Below are positions 55,578 to 64,000 of a stretch of 64,000 nt of DNA, in pieces; positions within the stretch are counted from its first letter, which is position 1, and every line of letters starts with the position of its first letter. The DNA is from Vermamoeba vermiformis (Eukaryota): contig JBEWZL010000235.1 of NCBI GenBank assembly GCA_045837725.1, positions 124,001 to 188,000 of the forward strand, read 5' to 3'. Below the pieces are notes generated by a model. That model was not told where the DNA came from. It was given only the letters and a program-made list of their open reading frames with translations, and searched no databases. The position numbers and the translations under genes are program-made.

Positions 55578-58393
55578 ATGGACTCACGAAGCGAGGTGAG
55601 GACTGAACGGCGTTTATTATTCAGCTGACATCGATTTAAAATTAAATTAATTCATGCTAAAATTCCAGTAAATATTATTAGTCATTTCTGCGCGTATTAA
55701 TGGCCTTCGAACTTCACTTCAGAGCACGAGCAACACCAATGCACCCTACGACAGCACTGGGCATAATAACAACAATAATGACCTTGTTGACAATGCAGTT
55801 CAGACCCACGCGCAGGATAAGCACGCAGCGAGTGAGTCACATCCCAATGTCGCGAGGTGAGTAGATCTGCCGCAACTGACTAGCGTGCTCACCTCTCTTG
55901 CAGCATACTCGAGGGCTGGTTGAATGAAGATGATGACGAGGAGTACGTGCCGAGTGACGATGAGGTGAGTGGCATTGCCTAATTAGGAAAGTGTGACTAA
56001 AATAGGCCCAGAAAAAAGAAGATGAGCCCGAAGAGGCAGTGACCCCCGCGGACGATGACTATTTAGGCATTGCACAGCGCACGCGAGCACGCCATTCACT
56101 GAACGACGTGGCACTGCAACAGCTCGAATCCGCACTGGTGCCGCCAGTACACGAGAGCGAGCTGCACGACGAGGCGTATGATTGGGAGGACCTGCTGCCG
56201 GACATCGAGGACGACACACCGCACAACACCACTGCTGACAGCGAGCACGTGACTGATGCGGACGAGTACAGTAAATTCTTGCAATTACTGCGCAACAATG
56301 CCGATCTGGAAGAAAATCTCGAGGGAGATCGCGAGTACAATTTTGAAGAGGACCTCAAGCGCCATCCCATCAACGAGCGCGAGGACCTGGTAGTGCCACA
56401 TGCCACCGTCATACCGCGTAAGTCTGCTCGTTGCCAGGTGACGATGATTGACAGGCGAGATAGAGCGCGAGATACACGATCTGATCCACCCCGAAGAAGA
56501 TCCGCTGCAGTACCGCAAGAAGAAGAAAGAGCGCGTGTTTGCTGCTGCATCTGTGCAACGCTTGAAGCCCATTCTTCCGCTGAACGACCAGGGCGTGCGG
56601 TTCATGAATCAGAGTCGACTGAGCTCGCCGTTCCTGTTCAGTGCCGCACAGCTGCAACAGCTCAAAGCGCAGATTGTGGAGCACCATCAGCTGCTGATTC
56701 AAGTCTTCTTGCTCACCAAGCGACTCACGGGACACGAGCACGTGACTGGCACGGCCTGGGACCTCTTGGTACGTACGGGTTGTTCCTAATATGGCAATAA
56801 CCTCCCCGCGCAGCAAGAGATGCACCAGTACCGCACGGTGATGATGTCGTACTGGACACTGCGCGACAAGACTGTCACTATGCCACCACACCTCGCCACA
56901 CCTCCGAGTGGCACTGCGCCACCACTGCTCACGGGAAATTCCGTGTTTGACGTGGGTATTCCGCTGAACGGTACGTCCCCGTTGTCTGCTCGCGGCACGT
57001 GATCTGAAATTTCGCAGAAATCATCACAGCCCTGCAAGCAGTGGTGTCACTGCCACGTCAGCTGACAGCGGAAGAATTCGATCAGTTCGTGCACCTCTTG
57101 CGGCCCTATTTTAATCCGCACTTGAAGATCGAACTCGATCAGACCGGTGAGTCTATTTTTAGCATCATTTGCACCACTTACATGTCACGTGCAGCCTCCA
57201 GTACGAGTCGGCTCAAATTCACCCCTGCTGAGGATCGGTACGTTGTCAGTTGCCTAATTAGGCAATGATGTCTAATCACGTGCGCAGATTGCTGCTGATT
57301 GGTCTAGAACGGTTCGGCACGCGCGATTGGGAAAGTATCCACAAGTATATTCTGCCCACCAAGGATGTGAAGCAGTTGGTGAATCGGTGAGTAGTTTCAG
57401 TGAAGGGCAACAGATCACGTGACTGACGACCAATCAGCTTCAAGAACAAGACCGCCAAGAGTGCCAAAGACAATCCCATCAAACAGTTCTACACCGCGCA
57501 GATGACACCGCTCTCCGAACACGAACTCGCCCTGCTCGAACAGGTAGCTGCACATGAACTCTGATCACGTGACTGACACTCGACCAGGGCGTGATGTTGC
57601 ACGGACACGACTTTGACACCATTTCGCGCTGTTTGTTGCCGCACCGTCACAGCCACATCTTGCACAAGTTGTGGAAACAGCTGCACAAGCACAAGTACGT
57701 ACTGCCTTATTTGGGCATGTCATTGCCTGATTTGGACATGTCCTGACCAGTGACAGGAGTGACACGCCACACGCGCACAAGCACAAGAGACCGCGCTTGA
57801 ACGAGAACTTTCTGACCAATGAGCTGCTCGATGACGAGCCTGAAGAGTCACGTGACTTTGTGACGATCACTGTCAATGGTGTCAGCACGCCCATCAATCG
57901 CACCACGGTCAAGCTGGCACACCTCGAGCAGGTGCTGGAGGAGCGGGAGCGCAGTGTGCCCCACGAGTCGCAGAACAGCGTGATTGGCCGCAAGCGACCG
58001 CGCTCCCCCTCGCTGGAGCTGCAGTACTCGCCGCCTCAGGACGCAGAGGAGCACGGACACGATGAGGAGTTTGAGATTGAAGAGCTGTTGAGCGACGATG
58101 ATGAGGAGTTTGAAGTGGAGGAGCTGGAGGACTCTGAAGACGCGGCGCAGCCACAGCACACAGTGAGCTTGGCGGACAATATGACGCTGATTGATGGCCA
58201 GATGATTGTGTGGACCAAGGACGAGGATCGCTGGATATTGAGTGCAGCCAGGGACGCAGGGCCCAAGACTGAGACGTGGAACTCTTTGGCGCAGTCGCAC
58301 ATGCCGCAACGCACGAGCAAACAGATTGCAGAACGCTACGCACAGCTCATGGAACTGCTGAGACAGAGAATTGGCGGGCAGAATAGCAAATAG
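55578..58393 (+). CDS. GON4L: GON4L/DUO3-like SANT/Myb transcriptional regulator
   Basis: IAQRTRARHSL, EYSKFL, QLKAQIVEHHQLLIQ, FTPAEDRLLLIGLERFG...LPTK...NPIK, C-terminal WTKDEDRWIL SANT. Confidence 0.75.
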
Positions 58394-58478
58394 AACATTG
58401 TAAATAGTGTAATTAGACAACCTGCGATTAAATGTACATATTAAGCATTTACTGCAACTAAAAACATCGGGCCCAATG

Positions 58479-58750
58479 GATGTCGGCTGGCGGACGGCCC
58501 ATAGGCAAAAATTGGACCATTACATGGAGAGCATTGCCACTTTCAGCCTCCAGCAGTTAGCTCAAAGCTGCTGATGCCAACAGTAGTACCTCTTGGGTCT
58601 GCTGGTAATGGCAGAGTGTGGTGTAAGTCGGTAAATTACTAACAGCGGACGCAGCAATCTTGGATGGACAAAAAAATTTTGGACTGGTGGACGTCCCGTC
58701 CGCAAAAATTGGACATCTGCCACGGACCTTGCGTCCGCCAACCATACATC
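58479..58750. mobile_element. MITE-like element (~270 bp) with imperfect terminal inverted repeats
   Basis: GATGTCGGCTGGCGGACG at 58479 versus CGTCCGCCAACCATACATC at 58732-58750; repeated GGAC/CGGACG motifs; internal ~130 bp shared with copies near 59123 and 59890. Confidence 0.55.
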
Positions 58751-59080
58751 ATATAGTATGAAGATTTTAACCAGATTTCTATATGCCATGTATATGATTA
58801 AGCATATCCCTTCATTATAACAAGGTTTGCCACCATACTGGACAAAGTTACAACATAAAAAAGTATAGATGATTCAAATTTTTTTTCATAGGCAGGTGAC
58901 AATGTATTGTAGCCAAAGTTCAGGGCTGCATAAAATACGTATAGTTGTTTTGTACCAAACATGTGCTGGTGGGTGGGTTCATACTTAATGCTGAAAATTG
59001 CTGCCACTACAAAATTTTTGATGATTACTTATATTTTCTTGTTAGATAGTGATAGGTCTAGGTGTTTCCAAAGTTTCAAT

Positions 59081-60053
59081 GGTATTGCAGCCAACAGAAC
59101 AATGTTCTAGTACTTAAGCTCTTTGCAGAACATTGCCATTTTCAGGGCGTTTAGCCCAAAGCCTCCTGACGCCAATAGTAGCTTCTTGGGTCCACTGATG
59201 CTAATGGCAGAGTTTGGTATAAGTTGGTCAATTACTAACATCAGCGGACGCAGCAACCCCGGACGGATGCAATGTCCACAGACGGACGAAAAATTTTTGC
59301 CGGACAGGACATCCGCCACTGGATGTATGCCAATTGGGATAAGGTTTTGTGGTGAAGAAGGAAGAATTCTAAATTCTGTGTCAAGTTGGATTCACCCTTT
59401 AGCTCTGCATTTGAGAAGTAGTTGTTAGAGCCATGTTTATTAAAAGTAAAAGTGTTAGCGCAATTATGAATCAGTTCTAAGCAGATTTTGGTTTGCCTGG
59501 CATTGCTCCCTGCGAGCCTGTTGAACTTGTTGCCGAATTCTATTAATTGGCTTTAAATTAAAAATCGGGTATGCTTGCTGGGATTTGAACCTGGGCTTCT
59601 GCATAGGCACACCCAAGTTTCCACTACCTGCCTCCAGATAGCTGTAATGTTCTGGATAGTCAACCAAGCCAACCAGCCATCTTCCATTGGCAGAAGAGAT
59701 TGATTCTTTTCAAAATATCTGGCTGTAGGAACGCCCAGAAGAGCTTGTCCAACGATGGTGAAGCAACTGGAGACAGCAATCCAGCTAGTTGACGAGGGTT
59801 CCCTGCATCTGAATCCAGGCACCCCATCCAGAGAGTCATCAACTTCAGAGATCTTGTAGAACTGAATGCGGAATCCGCTCCACTCCGTTGTTGATGTTAG
59901 TAATTGACCAACTTATACCAAACTTTGCCATTAGCACCAGCGGACCCAAAAAGCTCTACTGTGGCATCAGGAGGATTTGGGCAAATCGCCGGAGGCTGAA
60001 AATGGCAATGTTCTGCACAGAACCCAGAAAGTTGTTCTTTATGCTGCAATTCC
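59081..60053. repeat. Long imperfect inverted repeat pair (~165 bp arms) from the same repeat family
   Basis: 59081-59245 (ATTGCAG...GCAGAACATTGCCATTTTCAG...GTTTGGTATAAGTTGGTCAATTACTAACATC) matches the reverse complement of 59890-60053. Confidence 0.75.
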
Positions 60054-60530
60054 TCGTATAGAATTCTATGCCGGCAGTCTGGCTCAGACATCCCATTAAA
60101 TTGGTCAACGTAAAGTGCACGCCCACCATGGATAGACACCCTTGTGGAAGTAGAACAAATTGGAGGTCATCCAAATTTATATTTTCAATTTGGGATGTTG
60201 GTGGTGGCCTTTATCAGAATTGGCAGGTTTCAATTCTGCAGATCTGATGCAGGAATCCATCCCCATTCAAGCGCCGGTGTATGGGTGCATTGGTTGGTTC
60301 GGACTAGTGGTTCCGCTTTACAACACCGGGATGATGTTTGTTGTACGAGTATTGTAAAAACTGATGCTCTCAGCAAAGGCATGGAATCTTTAATTGGAAA
60401 TTCACCACCAGTGGTTGCAATTGTATTGTTCAAGAGTTATCCCGTGTCTTAAAGCACTGCTTATTCAATCTGGTGTTTTAAGGCTCAGCACCAGCATTCA
60501 ACTTCAAGTACAATTACAAGTAAGCTTTAT

Positions 60531-61415
60531 TTACATATTCTGAGGTTTGTTCTGATTGTTGTACAAGTTGCTCTGCGCAGCGATGTGTTGTAGCTGTTCA
60601 GCGCTCAGTGCACCCTTCGCTTGCTGGTTCTCTGCATCTAGTTGTTCGCAAGCAGCGAGGATTTCAGCATTCTTCGTCAACAAGGCGTAGAATCGCTCAC
60701 GCAGAGCCGTCAACTTGTTGCCAGCATTGCTTTGATCAGTCTTGCGCTGTTTGTTCAACTCTTCGCGCTCTTTGCGCAGCAGATCGAACTGTTTGTCGAG
60801 TCTGCAGCGCGTTAGCATGCTGACCAGTACATATACAACAACACTTACGCTTTCTTCTCGCTCTCGAGGTAGACGAGGTGATGACGCCACGCATTGGCAC
60901 CAAAGCTCTTCAACAGCTCCAAGTTCTCTAATCTGTTGACTTGGTGCTCGATCTGTGTCTGCGCATTGAGTACTGCACGGTGCCACGACTCGTAATCATT
61001 ATTTGTGGCTGGAGGCATCGAGTAGCGCAGCAGATCCATGTCTGGCATGCTGTAGTTACCACTCGCTTCCATTGTCTGCCACATCTGCGCGAGAGTGGGA
61101 CTGTATTTCTGTTTGAAAATTAATCTAAATTGCTTGACAATTATTTGGCAGTAAATACTACGAACGATCGCATACGAGCGATAACAGTCCACGTCAAATT
61201 AAATAAATAATAATAAATAAATAATAATTCAAACAAAATTCTCGTTGCTCGTTACATACACTGAATTCAACACTAGCGACAGGCTGTTCCTCTAAATAAT
61301 CTTTGGCTGCAAATGTCTTCATCTCCTGCTCCACCAGCTTCATTGCTTGCGCTCGATCTGCCTCGTCAAATGTATCATAGTACGGCAAGCAATCGATAGC
61401 TGTAATCTCGCTCAT
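60531..61415 (-). CDS. BCAS2: Pre-mRNA splicing factor SPF27/BCAS2
   Basis: IDCLPYYD, AMKLVEQEM, MDLLRY, NAQTQIEHQVNRLENLELLKSFGANAW, LNKQRKTDQ. Confidence 0.9.
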
Positions 61416-61530
61416 TATTGTCAGTCGTGCGTGGTGGTTGCTTGCAGTGCGAATAAGCAATGACTAGGCGCAGAATTGTTCGAGATTATTTATTCACAAA
61501 GTACACAGATCTGACTGCACTGTACAACGC

Positions 61531-62407
61531 TTATTTCTTGTCGATCTTTAATACTGAGAGGCCTTCAATAGTCGTCAGCTCTTTCAACAGTCGCGCCACT
61601 GCAAATCTCAGCTGATGGAACTTGTCGGTTGTCATTTCGAAGATGTGGTGTCGCAGATCAGTGGTTGTAATGCGCAGCAATATGGTGGGTGTCGTCTTGA
61701 CTGCACGACGCGTCCACGAGGTGATAATAGAGACATCGATGCGCCAATCTACGGACAAGATGCCCACGCGCACACCACTCGTGCTTGTACTCGCGGCTGG
61801 AGCGCGGATCAGCTGCGAATTGGTGCGCATTTGCACGAGAGCAGTGGTGAGCTCTTTGATATGTGTTTCTTGCAGTCCTAATGTGCCCAAGTCTTTTTTG
61901 AATGCATCTGGTGCCACGCGATCGTGCAGCGCTGTTTTGAGCAGTTTATATAGGCCCGCAAACAATAGGGGCAATTTGGCGGTGATTTTGCTGTTATTTG
62001 TCGCGCTATTATTCGCACTCGTAGTCTCTTCTACTGACTCTTTGAGCTTGGCCCAGTGTTGTTCTGTGATCTGATAGGCGCCAGTAAATAATAATATTCA
62101 TATTATTGTAGTCAATGCACAATTATTGTAATGGATGAGGTGCGCATTAAAATCAAATGGCGTGAATTAATTGATAAATATCTTTGTCAATAAAATTTGT
62201 AATTACCTCGGTGCCTTTAATATACTCCAATACAAATTTGAGCAGTTTGATAAAAGTCGCTTGATCAGTATTCGGCAATGAGAGTGCTAATTGTGTCACT
62301 TCGCTGGGGGCTTTGGTGCCGAAGAAAGTGGATTGCGTTGCTGCTACCGAATCTCGCGCAACAAAACTGCGACCGAGGGCTTGTCGTTTAGAAGGATTGA
62401 ACGTCAT
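61531..62407 (-). CDS. COMMD5: COMM domain-containing protein 5
   Basis: FFGTKAPSEV...TFIKLLKFV N-terminus, LFAGLYKLLKTAL, COMM domain VDWRIDVSI...KFHQLRFAVARLLKEL. Confidence 0.8.
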
Positions 62408-62657
62408 AGTTAATGTACTATCACGTGTGGTCCTCTCGATCCGTTTTGAAATTGAAATGTAAGCTGAAAAGTCAAATTATTTTTTATCAATTTTATTTGC
62501 TATGTACATGACAGCGGCAGTAGCTCTCGTCCGCTAAACTATCTACATCTTCAATATGAATCAAACGGACCTAGATGTCAGTGCCTGTTTTTGGTAGTAT
62601 GATGCAAGGGCAGCTGAATCACGTGATTCAATCTTTGCACTCATTCATTCGGAGATA

Positions 62658-63817
62658 TCAATCGAGATCACCCACACCACCAGTCACGTGCTCGTGCTCA
62701 TCCAAGTGATACTCCTCGCGCGCCTCGTCCCCAAACAGCTCGTGCTCGTCCTCCTCCTCATCGCGCGGTATCTTCACCTCCTCGTCCTCGCCGTACTGCA
62801 TCGCGTTGTCAATCTGTGACAGCAGTGCCACCACCGTGTCTTTGTCTTGCACATTCAGTGGCTGAAAGCCCACCATGTTGTACTGCTCCACCTGTCACGC
62901 AACGGTCAGTGCGATGCTCTGTTTGACACGTGTCACACTTACAATCTCGGCAATGGCCTGATTGAGTCGTGTCAACTTGACAGGCGTGTCGTGTGTCAAC
63001 TGCCGTGCCAGCATGCTCGGATCAGGGTCGCAGAATCTGTGCAGGGGTCAGTGCATGGAGCACGAGGAGGGCGCAGTACTCACTGTTCGAGATAGTCCTC
63101 GTTGAGCAGCAGCTTCTTGTCGACGAGATCGAGCTTGGACAGCACATTGAGGTGCGGCAGTTCCAAGTGCAGCATCGCAGAGAGACACAGCAGCAGCCCA
63201 CTGATGAACTTGGCGCTGTCGCTGATGAACTGGCTGTCGATCAGATACACCGCGCACATCTTGTAGCCCCAGCGACGCAGTTCATTGACTAATTTGGGCA
63301 TCACACCCACGTGACTGTAGAGCTCCAACTGGCCCGGACAGTCGATGAGCAGATAGTCGTCCTCGTACTCGCCCAGCTGGTCGCGCAGCCAGTCCATGTT
63401 CTCGCTCAGGTACTCCATGCAGTACACGAGGCCACCATTGGGTCCGTAGTGCAGCTCTTCCATCACATCGTCGATGCTGATCAGCTCGCGGATGTCAATG
63501 CTCGCTGGGTACTTGAACTGATCTGCCGCTGGATCGAGATTGACAACGTGCACGGTGCGCTTAATATTCTCGCAGTGTTGACGCATCACCTCGCAGTACG
63601 TGGACTGGTAAAAGAGAATATTAGTCGTGTCGGTGGAAGCAGATCTGCTTGGATCGTGATCGAAGCATGGAGAAATTATCCCTCTTTAGAATAAATGGTA
63701 CCAAAATTTTTAATATGATGAAAATGAATTGATATTAATTAAAAATAACAGCACTGAAAATGTTCTTACTTTTCCTGATCCAGCTGGACCCATGATGATT
63801 TGTGCGTATTTGCCCAT
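62658..63817 (-). CDS. GPN3: GPN-loop GTPase 3
   Basis: MGKYAQIIMGPAGSGK/STYC, VNLDPAA, YGPNGGL, DCPGQLELY, NVLSKLD, IDNAMQYGED. Confidence 0.93.
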
Positions 63818-64000
63818 GATAAATGATATAATTACGATGATACTCTATATTATACAATAATAGGGCTATATGTCTCACTGAGCTGTGGTCGTTCAATGCA
63901 GCTCAATCGTGCAATTAATCGAACAGATGCGCTGGTTAACACCACTGAAGCTGGAAATACAGAGAATAGCGTGACAGTTAGTATAGTTCATGGCGGATAG

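Noticed and set aside
59464-60452. Short ORFs in the repeat island as a transposase or reverse transcriptase
   Set aside because: No DDE, RT or other recognisable motif and no host-like exon structure.

Overview
Gene-dense eukaryotic nuclear DNA with about 28 intron-containing protein genes, mostly 45-70 nt introns and short intergenic gaps. A Dictyostelium-type IQGAP-related protein, an ankyrin-SAM-TKL kinase and a retained minor-spliceosome intron point to a protist, probably a non-dictyostelid amoebozoan (inference). Most genes are housekeeping or cell-cycle: PGGT1B, ubiquilin, COPE, SKI2, DNAJC21, SPB1, NDC80, MCM6, TIP41, CEPT1, C1D, ZGRF1, QCR9, PP2A-A, USO1, GON4L, SPF27, COMMD5, GPN3. 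Notable signals: (1) a perfect 12-bp palindrome TGACACGTGTCA found 13 times, 11 of them in short introns of seven unrelated genes; (2) a complete antisense 5-exon HTH gene with its own CCAAT/CHR-like promoter nested in a 1.15-kb intron of an F-box/LRR gene; (3) an AT-AC U12-type intron in SPB1; (4) a plant-HD2-like nucleoplasmin-fold protein with an optional C2H2-finger exon; (5) an F-box plus mu-adaptin domain fusion; (6) a strand-specific multi-hairpin RNA candidate upstream of QCR9; (7) a CpG-poor MITE/inverted-repeat island at 58.5-60.5 kb. All gene models were spliced by hand and family calls rest on recalled motifs; no database search was run.
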